A stretch of 64,000 nt of DNA, taken from the sequence record NC_028999.1; one strand, written 5' to 3'. Positions 26,758 to 36,379 of this stretch are shown piece after piece. The notes under the pieces were generated by a model. That model was given only the letters and a program-made list of their open reading frames with translations, searched no databases and was not told the origin of the DNA. Position 1 is the stretch's first letter. Each line of letters starts with the position of its first letter. A program made the translations under genes and the position numbers.

Positions 26758-29493
26758 ATGGCTGCTAATCCCAATCCGGGAATGATTTCCCAAATGCCCT
26801 CCCTCAACATCGTAACTGGTGAAGAGTTCCTGGAGGTCATCAAGCGTGAGACGGATGGTTCGTACAAGAACTATCGTCTCATGGTATCTAAGATCCGCAC
26901 AAATGAAGGCCTTTCCGCCTATGAAGTTGCCGTTAAGAACGGCTTCGTTGGTACAGAACAGGAATGGCTGGATTCCCTTCAGGGTAAGTCGATCTATCAA
27001 CTGGCTCTGGAACACGGCTTTGTCGGTTCTGAACAAGAGTACCTGGATTCGCTTAAAGGCGAAGCTGGTAAATCTGCTTATCAGACCGCAGTGGACGAAG
27101 GTTACACTGGTACGGAAGCTCAATGGCTCCAAACCCTCGTAGGTCAATCGGCTTACGACATTGCCGTCGAACAAGGGTTCGTTGGTGATAAAGACGCATG
27201 GCTGGCAAGCCTGAAAGGCGAGAAAGGTGACAAGGGCGATGATGCAGATCTCACTGCTGAGAAGCTGCAAGAACTCCTGAACCTGCATGGTTACACCATC
27301 GAACAATCTCTGCGTGTACTGGGTGATAACTCTGGTGTTATTGCTAACGCAGGCTTCTTCAACTTCCTGTTCCTGTTTGACAAGCGTTTGAATAACCGGG
27401 CTAACGACGATGTCGATAAAGTACCGCAGCGCATGGTCGAAATGGGTCGCATGGAAGCAGAAGGTTATTCCTATTGGAAAAACGAACCTGCTAGTACAGA
27501 TGACCCGTCAGGTCCTCTGCCGGCTGTACCAGATTCTGAACTGCGTCTGTTTGATGACGGTAAGTTCCAAATCGGTAGCCTTAACGATTACATTGAATTC
27601 GGCGATGGCTCTAAGGTAAGTATCGTTGTTGGCGGTTCTGCTGTTACTTACGATCTGGCTGAGGCAACTCAAGGTAAAGACGGTAAGTCTGCTTATGAAA
27701 TTGCAGTAGAACACGGCTATACGGGTACCGAGCAAGAATGGCTTACGTCTCTGCGTGGTCCGGCTGGCGCGTCCGCTTATGACGTTGCGGTAGAGCAGGG
27801 GTACACCGGTACCGAAACTGAGTGGGTAGCTAGCCTGCAAGGCACCGATGGTAAATCGGCATATGAGTCAGCAGTTGATGGCGGCTTCACGGGTACTGAA
27901 GAAGAATTCAATACTTCTCTTGCCCAACCAAAAGGAAAGAGTGGCGGTGTATTCATTACCGACATCACTCCCCAATCGGTAAGTGAAAACGTTGGTAACA
28001 AAGTCATGTCGGCCGATGGCTTCTCATTGGTCAGTGCGTCGTCGACTACTAAAGCCGTTACTGTGGCTGTGACTGCAATCACCGGACATACTAACTATCG
28101 TCCAGTGGTTAAGGTAAACGGCGTGACGGTTACCCTGACTGCTAAAGCAGATGCACCTCTGTGGACTGGTACAGCTAATATCACTTTGGCTGATCCTGCT
28201 GAAGGTGAAACCAATGTGGTTATCACCGCAGAACACGAAGATGGCGCTTCGGCTACCAGTACTGTAGCAATGGATACCCCGGCTGTAGTTCTGACTGGCG
28301 TATTCACCGGTAACTATCCGGGTACTCAGACTGAGCTTAAAGCTGGCGATACCATGTCGATTGCTATCACTACCGATCAACCGGTGGTGGCTTATGAGAT
28401 CGAGAACTCGGGTGCATTTGCTGCCAAGAGCGGCACTCTGACATCCGGTACTACGCACACCATCACGGGTGTAGCTATCGCTGATCGCGGTAATACCGCC
28501 GCTATGCATGGTTTCCGTGTACGTGTACGTAAGGCCTCTGGTTCTTGGTCGAACTGGTTCGATAGCTCTACCGTAGGTTCCACTGAGAAGACCCATGTCG
28601 TTAAGTTGAACAACCTGAAGCCAACCGTTACTATTGGTGCAGTAACGTATCCGGCTGGTCAAGGCGCGATTAAGGGTGGTGAATCGGCCCAAGTAGCTAA
28701 CACCCTGGCCAACTTCGACACAGTGTCTTATACCTCAGGTAATGGACAACTGACGGTAGCTAACCCGACTCAATCCGAAGCCAATAAGGTAGTTACTTAT
28801 CTGGCTGGCACATATAACGATTCCACTAACAACTTCACCATCACTGCCAATCGTGCAGCCAACGGTTCTAGCACTACAGCTAGTACTGTGGTGAAGATTG
28901 CTAACGTGGATGTTGCTGCTACTATTACTTACGCAGCACCGCGTCTGCGTTCTGGTGGTAATAATGGTACAGTTGCCCAGCAGCACACTATCACACTCAC
29001 CGCTACTCAAGCACTGACCGATCCGCCGAGCATGAACGTGCCGTCGGGTACCTGGGAAACAGCTGCGTGGCAACCGGACGCCGCTCGTAAAGTCTGGACC
29101 CGTAAACTCATTGTCCATGACAATGATTCCAAAGGTCAGTTTGATTACAACAACGTCGTCCTGAAAGGCCTGAGTGGTCGTGTAGTCTCTACTCTGGCAG
29201 GTGGCGGCACCTATGTAATCGGTGGCTTCGTATTCCGTACTCTGACTGTACCGGCCTATCCGAACCGTTCCACTGAAATTGGTACCGTCGTTGCCGACAC
29301 CAGCAAACTGCGTTGCTCTAACCTCTCGAAGGGAGCTAGTGGTAGTCTGAACTTTACTTATCAGGCAGCTACTACTGACGCGGTTGATCGTTACTCGATC
29401 ACTGGTGGTGACACTTGGTATAACTGCGACGCTGCTAACGCCGTATCTAACACATCCGGTCTGATGCAGATTGAACTTGAGGAAGTCGTATAA
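26758..29493 (+). CDS. Large fibre/virion structural protein (SAY repeats + Ig-like beta domains)
   Basis: ATG 26758 after AAGGA; seven SAY repeats; Thr/Val-rich beta-sandwich C-terminal half. Confidence 0.7.
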   Translation: MAANPNPGMISQMPSLNIVTGEEFLEVIKRETDGSYKNYRLMVSKIRTNEGLSAYEVAVKNGFVGTEQEWLDSLQGKSIYQLALEHGFVGSEQEYLDSLKGEAGKSAYQTAVDEGYTGTEAQWLQTLVGQSAYDIAVEQGFVGDKDAWLASLKGEKGDKGDDADLTAEKLQELLNLHGYTIEQSLRVLGDNSGVIANAGFFNFLFLFDKRLNNRANDDVDKVPQRMVEMGRMEAEGYSYWKNEPASTDDPSGPLPAVPDSELRLFDDGKFQIGSLNDYIEFGDGSKVSIVVGGSAVTYDLAEATQGKDGKSAYEIAVEHGYTGTEQEWLTSLRGPAGASAYDVAVEQGYTGTETEWVASLQGTDGKSAYESAVDGGFTGTEEEFNTSLAQPKGKSGGVFITDITPQSVSENVGNKVMSADGFSLVSASSTTKAVTVAVTAITGHTNYRPVVKVNGVTVTLTAKADAPLWTGTANITLADPAEGETNVVITAEHEDGASATSTVAMDTPAVVLTGVFTGNYPGTQTELKAGDTMSIAITTDQPVVAYEIENSGAFAAKSGTLTSGTTHTITGVAIADRGNTAAMHGFRVRVRKASGSWSNWFDSSTVGSTEKTHVVKLNNLKPTVTIGAVTYPAGQGAIKGGESAQVANTLANFDTVSYTSGNGQLTVANPTQSEANKVVTYLAGTYNDSTNNFTITANRAANGSSTTASTVVKIANVDVAATITYAAPRLRSGGNNGTVAQQHTITLTATQALTDPPSMNVPSGTWETAAWQPDAARKVWTRKLIVHDNDSKGQFDYNNVVLKGLSGRVVSTLAGGGTYVIGGFVFRTLTVPAYPNRSTEIGTVVADTSKLRCSNLSKGASGSLNFTYQAATTDAVDRYSITGGDTWYNCDAANAVSNTSGLMQIELEEVV

Positions 29494-32400
29494 TGGCATC
29501 TCCATTTGAGAACTTCGTTAACGGCGAATTGCCGAAGCGTATCGGTACCGAAGACGATCCTCTCAGTGTGCAACAAGGTCATGTCCCGGTAGCTACCGGG
29601 ACTGGCCTTAGCATTGAGTTTAAGGACCCCCAGGAGATTCCTGGTCTGAAAGGTGACGATGGTGCACCGGGTAAATCCGCTTATGAAATCGCCGTTGAAA
29701 GTGGTTTCCAGGGTACTGAACCCGAGTGGGTTGAATCCCTTAAAGGCGATAAAGGGGAAGACGGCACCCAGGGTCAACCTGGTCCGCCTCTGAAGATTAT
29801 CGCAGCTGTAACGCAAGATGACTTTGAAGCGAACATCGAACCGGAAGACACCTGGGATATTGGTGATTCGTGGTGGGTAATGTCGCAAACTGCAACGGTT
29901 CTGAAGATTTGGGGTTACCCGGATCCAGAAGTTCCTGGTCAGAAAGGCCAATGGATTACCACTGACGACATGCGTGGTCCAGCGGGTACTGGCCTGGTTA
30001 TTCGTGGTGAATGGCCTGACAACACCGAATTACCGACCCCTGCTCTGAAAGGTGATACCTACGGTTGGAAACACGCTCTGTGGACTTACATGCTCCGTGC
30101 GGGTATGGAAGATCTCCCAGAGAACTATGCCTATATCCAAGTCGTTCCTGAAGGCCCGGTAGGTCCCAAAGGTGATCAGGGTATTCAAGGCCTGAAAGGT
30201 GATAAGGGCGATAAAGGGGATACGGGTGCAGCAGCACGTCCGTTCTCAGTGGTTGATCAGCTCGCCGACCCATCAGAACTCCCCGATGTTGGTGTATCTA
30301 AACCTGAAGAAGCTTACTCTGTAACCGTAGATGGCGTTGCCCACCTGTACATCTTCTCCGTTACCAATAACCAGTGGATGGACTTGGGTGTTTGGCAGGG
30401 TCCACGCGGTGAAGCCGGCCTGAAAGGCGATAAGGGTGACAAAGGCGATAAAGGTGATTCCGGTGTAGCCGGTACCGATGGTCGTAACGTTACTATCGTT
30501 CAGGTCTTTGCAACCTATGATCTTCTGATTAGTAACCTGATTGGATTGGAACAGGACAAAGCGTACGCTGTTCAAGAAACCAACACAGTTTACTACGCTC
30601 CGGTTACCAGCCCGACAGAAGAACAACTCCTGAACCTGGGTTCCTTCCGTGGACCTCAAGGGGTGAAGGGCGATAAGGGTGACAAAGGCGATAAGGGAGA
30701 CAAAGGTGAGAAAGGTGATACCGGCGACGGTGGTAAGAACCTGACTATCCTGGGTACTCAAGCTGACCTCACCGCGATCGAAGCTCTGCCGACTCCAGTA
30801 GAACAAGATGCGTGGGTTGCTCTTGACAATCTTCATCTTTACATGTACATTGATGGTGCATGGGTTGACCTTGGTACGCACCAAGGGGCTAAAGGTGATA
30901 AGGGCGACAAGGGGGATAAGGGTGATCAAGGTATTCAGGGCCTGAAAGGCGATAAGGGTGACAAAGGTGACACCGGCGAACAAGGTAGATCCTTGGACAT
31001 TATCGCCATCGTTGATGCTGTAGATCAACTTCCTGCGCCAGCTCCTTCTAACCAATACAAAACCGCCATCGTTCGTGGCGGCAACATGTACTACAACCAA
31101 GACGGTTCCGCTTGGGTAGACATGGGTCCTGCTGGTGTTAAAGGTGACAAAGGCGATAACGGTGTTGGCGTTCGTATTCAGGGTGAAGTGGATACAGCTG
31201 CCGATCTGCCGGTACTGACTGATCCTGCTAACGATGAACTGGTGGATGGTGACGCTTTCATCGCTACCTACCAGAAAGATGGCGCTGACGCCAAAGGCCT
31301 CTACATCGTCAACCGCTCCACCAATACCTACGATGGTCCGTTCGACATCCAAGGTCCCGAAGGTCAACAAGGTCCTAAGGGTGACACCGGTCCTCGTGGT
31401 GACGTAGGTCAAGGGATCAAGATTGTTGGTGATTACCCTGACTACGCTGCACTGACCGCCGCACACCCGACGTCAAATATTGGCGACGCCTACTCAGTGG
31501 GTGCCGTTGGTTCCAAATCGCTGTACGTGTGGGCAGTTGATGGCGCTGACGCTACTGAAAAATACCTGAACCTGGGTTCTTTCACCGTAGGTGTGAAGGG
31601 TGACAAAGGCGATAAGGGTGACACCGGCGATACGGGTCCTCGTGGTCCAACCGGTCAGAAAGGCCCTGCTGGTTCCCGGTGGGTTATTCTTCCGGCTAAC
31701 ATGACTACTCCTAACAACACAGTCGGTGTTGAGAACGACTGGTGTCTGGATAAGTCAGGTCAGGTATGGTACCGCGATAGTTCTGGCTGGAAAGAGTTCA
31801 TCCAACTTATGGATGTACCGGTTCCGGAAGTAGATACTGCTGGTCAGAATACCCACATGGTCCGTTACCAAATGGGCTGGGTACCTCTGCCGGGTGGTGT
31901 TGTAGCTAACCCTGTGGATGGCGTACAGTATGTTCAAGAAGGCCAACCTGACGGCTCTACTCAATGGGTAGAACTGCAACTGCCGGGTGAACCGATCAAC
32001 GACATTCCAGGTGATGATCCTGATGCTGCCAAAGCCCATATCCGTGTACGCGGTGAATGGAAACTGGGTGCACCGACTGTCGTAGGTCTGGATTCGACCA
32101 AAACCTACCTGATGAAAACTACAGGTTGGGTACTGGCGGATGTCTACACCGAAGCGCCTAAAGCAGCTGGTGTGTACTATGGCCGTGTGAACGGTGCTTG
32201 GGGTGAGGTTCCTGGTGAGGCACCTACTGACTCTAAGCTGTATGGTCGTCAAGGCAAAGCTTGGGTAGAAGTACCTGCTGCCATCATCTCTTCCGATGCC
32301 CCCGATGCTAAGACCTATGCCCGTAAACAAGGCTCTTGGGTTGAGATCAAAGTCATCGCAGAACCGACCAACGATGGTAAGACCTATGGTCGTACTACGA

Positions 32401-32774
32401 CCGCAGGTAACGTATCGAGCTGGGTGGAAATCACCAAGACCTTTGATACTTACAACCTGAAGTCTTCCACCGTGACAGCTAACGTTACGGTTGACTACGC
32501 TACGCAGCAATGCTACGTGGTTGACGCAAGCGCATCGCGTCAGGTAACACTGAACGCAGGTCCGACTGGCAGGATGGTTACTTCGGTAATCGTTCTCAAA
32601 GGTAACGCTGCGACCAACAAACCGACATTCGTCGCTGGTACTGGTGCACCCACCATTGCCTTCAACGACGGCGTGACTGCTGCTGACATCAAATACGGTG
32701 CCAATAAGACAGTCATGGCGGCTCTGTGGGATGGTGAAACTACGTGGATCATCGCACGCGGTGCTGCGTATTAA
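29493..32774 (+). CDS. Collagen-like fibre protein with foldon-like repeats
   Basis: 1093 aa; (GDK)n and GP(K/R)G triplets interleaved with ~55-aa globular modules; C-terminal EAP.D.K.Y.R..G.W.E repeats. Confidence 0.8.
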   Translation: MASPFENFVNGELPKRIGTEDDPLSVQQGHVPVATGTGLSIEFKDPQEIPGLKGDDGAPGKSAYEIAVESGFQGTEPEWVESLKGDKGEDGTQGQPGPPLKIIAAVTQDDFEANIEPEDTWDIGDSWWVMSQTATVLKIWGYPDPEVPGQKGQWITTDDMRGPAGTGLVIRGEWPDNTELPTPALKGDTYGWKHALWTYMLRAGMEDLPENYAYIQVVPEGPVGPKGDQGIQGLKGDKGDKGDTGAAARPFSVVDQLADPSELPDVGVSKPEEAYSVTVDGVAHLYIFSVTNNQWMDLGVWQGPRGEAGLKGDKGDKGDKGDSGVAGTDGRNVTIVQVFATYDLLISNLIGLEQDKAYAVQETNTVYYAPVTSPTEEQLLNLGSFRGPQGVKGDKGDKGDKGDKGEKGDTGDGGKNLTILGTQADLTAIEALPTPVEQDAWVALDNLHLYMYIDGAWVDLGTHQGAKGDKGDKGDKGDQGIQGLKGDKGDKGDTGEQGRSLDIIAIVDAVDQLPAPAPSNQYKTAIVRGGNMYYNQDGSAWVDMGPAGVKGDKGDNGVGVRIQGEVDTAADLPVLTDPANDELVDGDAFIATYQKDGADAKGLYIVNRSTNTYDGPFDIQGPEGQQGPKGDTGPRGDVGQGIKIVGDYPDYAALTAAHPTSNIGDAYSVGAVGSKSLYVWAVDGADATEKYLNLGSFTVGVKGDKGDKGDTGDTGPRGPTGQKGPAGSRWVILPANMTTPNNTVGVENDWCLDKSGQVWYRDSSGWKEFIQLMDVPVPEVDTAGQNTHMVRYQMGWVPLPGGVVANPVDGVQYVQEGQPDGSTQWVELQLPGEPINDIPGDDPDAAKAHIRVRGEWKLGAPTVVGLDSTKTYLMKTTGWVLADVYTEAPKAAGVYYGRVNGAWGEVPGEAPTDSKLYGRQGKAWVEVPAAIISSDAPDAKTYARKQGSWVEIKVIAEPTNDGKTYGRTTTAGNVSSWVEITKTFDTYNLKSSTVTANVTVDYATQQCYVVDASASRQVTLNAGPTGRMVTSVIVLKGNAATNKPTFVAGTGAPTIAFNDGVTAADIKYGANKTVMAALWDGETTWIIARGAAY
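30150..31680 (+). repeat. Collagen G-X-Y coding repeats (9-bp GGY-GAY-AAR units)
   Basis: Repeated ggtgataagggcgacaaaggc; GDQGIQGLKGDKGDKGDTG occurs twice (~30172, ~30921). Confidence 0.9.
31820..32440 (+). repeat. Tandem foldon-like peptide repeats
   Basis: EAPTDSKLYGRQGKAWVEV, DAPDAKTYARKQGSWVEI, EAPKAAGVYYGRVNGAWGEV etc. Confidence 0.7.
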
Positions 32775-32780
32775 CCCTTA

Positions 32781-32812
32781 AAAATGGCCTCCGTTTGGAG
32801 GCCATTTTATTT
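32781..32812 (+). terminator. Rho-independent terminator
   Basis: AAAATGGCCTCC-GTTT-GGAGGCCATTTT-ATTT. Confidence 0.8.
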
Positions 32813-32869
32813 CGTCTTATTTATCAGAGAAATAATATATTGGGGCCCAGTTAAAATTCAGGAAGCGAT

Positions 32870-33274
32870 ATGGACGGCATCGATAGCTTCACTAGCTTCG
32901 TCAATTCGGAATTACCTAAACGTATTGGTACTGAAGTTGATCCCTTAAAAGTCGGGCAGGATAAAATCGCTGTAAGCACCGGCGTAGGTCTTAGCGTTAA
33001 ATTCGTAGATCCGTTGGAAATCCTACCTAATCAGGGTCTGATAACTGCGGAAAAACTCCCATTACAAGAAGACGGTACGGCGATACTCCCGCAACCGCCT
33101 AAAGGCGGTATTCTTTTGAATCTCGCTATTATTCACTTGAACGATGGTTCAGTGATTGAAGTGACTGGTGTGCACGTCAGGGATGATGTAATTCTGGTTA
33201 TCCCCACGGAAGATTTTGCAACGCTCCAGGATACTGCCGTTTCAGTGACAGTATCCTTCATTGGGGACCTGTGA
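32870..33274 (+). CDS. Small virion/fibre-associated protein
   Basis: N-terminus FVNSELPKRIGTEVDPL closely matches the N-terminus of 29493..32774. Confidence 0.7.
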   Translation: MDGIDSFTSFVNSELPKRIGTEVDPLKVGQDKIAVSTGVGLSVKFVDPLEILPNQGLITAEKLPLQEDGTAILPQPPKGGILLNLAIIHLNDGSVIEVTGVHVRDDVILVIPTEDFATLQDTAVSVTVSFIGDL

Positions 33275-33335
33275 TAGGTCTGGATTTGATGTACTTTAAA
33301 ACGATCGTTGTAAACCCTTGAATAGGTGTTAGAAC

Positions 33336-34373
33336 ATGGCTATTCTTAAACGCGCACAATCTTCCATCCAAGGCCTACCGGCCGCACTGACTAGTCTGCA
33401 AGACAATATCGACGCTGAAGCTCAGGCTCGTGCAGACGCTGATGGTATACTGTCCACTCTGGTTACCACCAACAAACAAAACTTGGTATTAGCCATTAAC
33501 GAAGTTTTCTCGACTGCTGCTGAAGGTCGTGACAACGCTACTATCGCCAGACAGGAAGTTTCTGATCTGGACGCAGTTACTCTGAAGGCAGCTAGTAATT
33601 TGTCCGATCTGGCTGACATTGCAGTAGCTCGTGGCAACCTCCAGACCCTGTCTGAAACTGAAATCGAAGCCCTGATCGATGCTGCTAAACTGGCAGGTGG
33701 TGTTAGCTACGATGTAGCCACTATTGCTGCACGTGATGCACTCACTGGACTCACCACTGCTGATCGCGTGTGGGTAGCTGACGACGGCGATACCAAGTGG
33801 GCTATCTATAAACCCACTGCGGTTGATGGGACGGGTAAAGGTACAGCTTGGCTGAAGCTGTACGACGAAGACGCCCTGACCAATTCGCTGACCGCCGCTG
33901 GTATCAAAGCTGCTTACGAGAGCAATGATGATACCAATGCCTTCACCGATGCTGAGAAAGCCAAACTGGCCTACATCACTGTCGCCGCTGCGGTTGATCT
34001 GGCTGCGCTGGCTAAATCCAGCGATGTGGTCGCTAAAGCCAGTCTGGTACAAGACCTTGAAGGTGGTACTGCTACTGATGCCGCTCCGTCTGTTAAAGCG
34101 GTGGTTGATTATGTAGCTGCTCATGCAGGCTCTGGTGGTGTACAAGCTGCATTGGAAAACGTTGTAGTCACCGATGGTCAGATCACTCTGGCAAATGCTC
34201 CGGCAGGTGGCCTGGCTGGCGTACTTAACTTCGCTACCGTTCGGTATATCACTGGTGGTGTTGCTTATGATGCTCCGGTTGTTGCTACTGCCGACCCGAA
34301 AGTGTTCGATGTATCCACTGATACTGCCAACCAGTGGGATGGTAACACTGTACAAGTTCAGTATGTGTACTAA
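33336..34373 (+). CDS. Virion fibre/structural protein
   Basis: Ala-rich coiled-coil N-terminus, SNLSDLAD...ARGNL fibre motif, VATIAARDAL module. Confidence 0.65.
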   Translation: MAILKRAQSSIQGLPAALTSLQDNIDAEAQARADADGILSTLVTTNKQNLVLAINEVFSTAAEGRDNATIARQEVSDLDAVTLKAASNLSDLADIAVARGNLQTLSETEIEALIDAAKLAGGVSYDVATIAARDALTGLTTADRVWVADDGDTKWAIYKPTAVDGTGKGTAWLKLYDEDALTNSLTAAGIKAAYESNDDTNAFTDAEKAKLAYITVAAAVDLAALAKSSDVVAKASLVQDLEGGTATDAAPSVKAVVDYVAAHAGSGGVQAALENVVVTDGQITLANAPAGGLAGVLNFATVRYITGGVAYDAPVVATADPKVFDVSTDTANQWDGNTVQVQYVY

Positions 34374-34384
34374 TCTGTAACAGG

Positions 34385-34415
34385 ATAGAGCGTGGGCCTA
34401 GTGCCCACGCTCTAT
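34385..34415. terminator. Terminator hairpin
   Basis: ATAGAGCGTGGGC-ctagt-GCCCACGCTCTAT. Confidence 0.75.
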
Positions 34416-34431
34416 TTAAGTGGTGAAAATT

Positions 34432-35619
34432 ATGGGTATTCTTGTTGCTAATGACGGTGATGTGGTAGTAGCCTCTATTGCGGCTCGTGATGAGATCGCG
34501 ATTAAGCGCCCACAAATGCTCGTCCTGGTAGAAGATGCAACTGCTGACCCTGTCTTCGGTGGTGGGTCCGTCCAGTATATTTGGGATCATGTTGCGTTGG
34601 GCTGGTCTCCAATCTGGTCTTCTCGTAAACCTAACCTTACGTTTGTAACCGAAGAGAAAGTTATTACGGGTGGTCAAGTTACTGCTGACCATGTCGTTAA
34701 AGATAATGTCGTGTTGTCGGCTATCATTCTGGATACCGACAATACAATCCTAAGTGATGCTGTTCCAACTGTAAGTGGTACTGCGATCAATTTAGGGACT
34801 AACACGTACGACGGTAAGAGACTACATTACACGTATGCGTATGGTAGCCTCACTCAACTCATCGAAAATATTTGGGAAACCAAAGCTGACCTGACTTACG
34901 TCAATACGAACTTTGCTAGTCAGCAATATGTTCAGGATGCAATAGGTGCAGGGAATTTCCTAACCGCAGCCGACTTGGATGGTTATGCCACTGAAACCTG
35001 GGTAACCAATCAGGAATATCAGACCAGTACTGACGTTGATAGTAAAATCACCGCTGCGCTCTCTGGGTATGCGACAGTAGCGTTTGTTAATGGTAAAGGT
35101 TATCAAACGGCTTCTGATGTTACAACATACGTAACGAGTCTTGGTTATCAAACGAGTAATCAAGTTGATTCTAAGATCTCCGCAGCCCTTAACGGTTATG
35201 CAACACAGAGCTATGTAACTTCACGTGGTTACATTACCGATGCCGCTAATGACGGTAAGAAATACATCCGCACTAACCAAGGTTGGGCGGAATTGACGGT
35301 TAGTTTCGATACATATTCTCTGTTGTCGAGTACTTCTGCTTCTGGGGATTATGTAGTTAACGCTACCAACCAACAGTCGGTTGCTTTAACAGCGACGGTT
35401 ACACGTAATGTAAGCTTTACCAATGGACCGGCTAACCGTACGATCACAACAGCATTAATCATGGTGGGTGCTAAGGCACCCAATGTCACCGGTTCCAATG
35501 TTAAATGGCAGGCCAATACTGCACTGACCGATGCAGATATGGGCGCAACCAAAACAGTTATCGTGGCGTTCTGGGATGGCATCGACACTTGGATCCTGAC
35601 CAAAGGTCCTTATTACTAA
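34432..35619 (+). CDS. Fibre protein with L.GYAT repeats and a single foldon-like motif
   Basis: LDGYATETWV / LSGYATVAFV / LNGYATQSYV repeats; GYITDAANDGKKYIRTNQGW; C-terminal domain homologous to that of 29493..32774. Confidence 0.7.
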   Translation: MGILVANDGDVVVASIAARDEIAIKRPQMLVLVEDATADPVFGGGSVQYIWDHVALGWSPIWSSRKPNLTFVTEEKVITGGQVTADHVVKDNVVLSAIILDTDNTILSDAVPTVSGTAINLGTNTYDGKRLHYTYAYGSLTQLIENIWETKADLTYVNTNFASQQYVQDAIGAGNFLTAADLDGYATETWVTNQEYQTSTDVDSKITAALSGYATVAFVNGKGYQTASDVTTYVTSLGYQTSNQVDSKISAALNGYATQSYVTSRGYITDAANDGKKYIRTNQGWAELTVSFDTYSLLSSTSASGDYVVNATNQQSVALTATVTRNVSFTNGPANRTITTALIMVGAKAPNVTGSNVKWQANTALTDADMGATKTVIVAFWDGIDTWILTKGPYY

Positions 35620-35623
35620 AAGA

Positions 35624-35663
35624 CGGCATATCGCCCCACCCGAAAAGGTGGGGCTTTATGTTG
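35624..35663. terminator. Bidirectional hairpin with CATA/TATG arms
   Basis: CGGCATA-tc-GCCCCACC-cgaaaa-GGTGGGGC-tt-TATGTTG between convergent genes. Confidence 0.85.
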
Positions 35664-36377
35664 TTATGCACGGAACATACTGAAGTACATAGCGTCGATA
35701 AATTCGAAGTCCATGTGAATCAGCTTCTCCATGCGAAATCGCCAGAGCGTATACTTCTTAGCTTCGACATTAATGTTTGATACGTCGTGCTCAAAGATCT
35801 TAGGTCCAATGAAATTGAAACAGTTCATTTTGACCTTACCCAGCTCTTCTGCATGATACTTTACCCACGGAATAAAATCGTAAGTAATGTACATAGCAAA
35901 TAAGGCGTCCATAAAGAACGGGGACAGTTCTTCCATGGAGTGTTTAACGATCTCGACGGTGGTAGATTGCCCATAGAGCTCTTTGATGATCTCTACGAGT
36001 TGTTCTTTATATTCACCATCTAAGTCATAGGGATGGATATTCACACATACACACACTTCATCCAACGGATTCCCCATGTTGTCCATGCGGTTAACGTTGT
36101 CTTCAGCTAGTACGCGCATGAGGAAAGGCATGATACCCGTCATTACTGAAGCATTAAGGGTATCTGCTGTATTTTGTCCGCCCCGCTCGGCATAGGCTTC
36201 TGCAAACTGTTCGTTAGTAATACGCCCTTTGGTTAACACATCCCAGAAATCATTCTCTCGTGTCCAGTAGTCTCTGGTCTTAACCAAATCCACAGCGGCC
36301 TCTGGACAGATGCGTTGAATGGTTCCTAGACGTGTATCCAAAAGCGCATCCAAATCAATCAAGATACGCTTAAGCAT
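35664..36377 (-). CDS. HAD-like fold protein
   Basis: N-terminal ILIDLDALLD resembles HAD motif I (DxD). Confidence 0.45.
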   Translation of the reverse strand: MLKRILIDLDALLDTRLGTIQRICPEAAVDLVKTRDYWTRENDFWDVLTKGRITNEQFAEAYAERGGQNTADTLNASVMTGIMPFLMRVLAEDNVNRMDNMGNPLDEVCVCVNIHPYDLDGEYKEQLVEIIKELYGQSTTVEIVKHSMEELSPFFMDALFAMYITYDFIPWVKYHAEELGKVKMNCFNFIGPKIFEHDVSNINVEAKKYTLWRFRMEKLIHMDFEFIDAMYFSMFRA

Positions 36378-36379
36378 AA

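Noticed and set aside
30150-31680. Short direct DNA repeats that might suggest a CRISPR array or VNTR
   Set aside because: They are in-frame 9-bp collagen codon repeats with synonymous variation; no repeat-spacer structure and no cas genes.
13473-35619. Possible diversity-generating retroelement acting on fibre tips
   Set aside because: No reverse transcriptase in the window, and I saw no near-identical template/variable repeat pair differing only at adenines.
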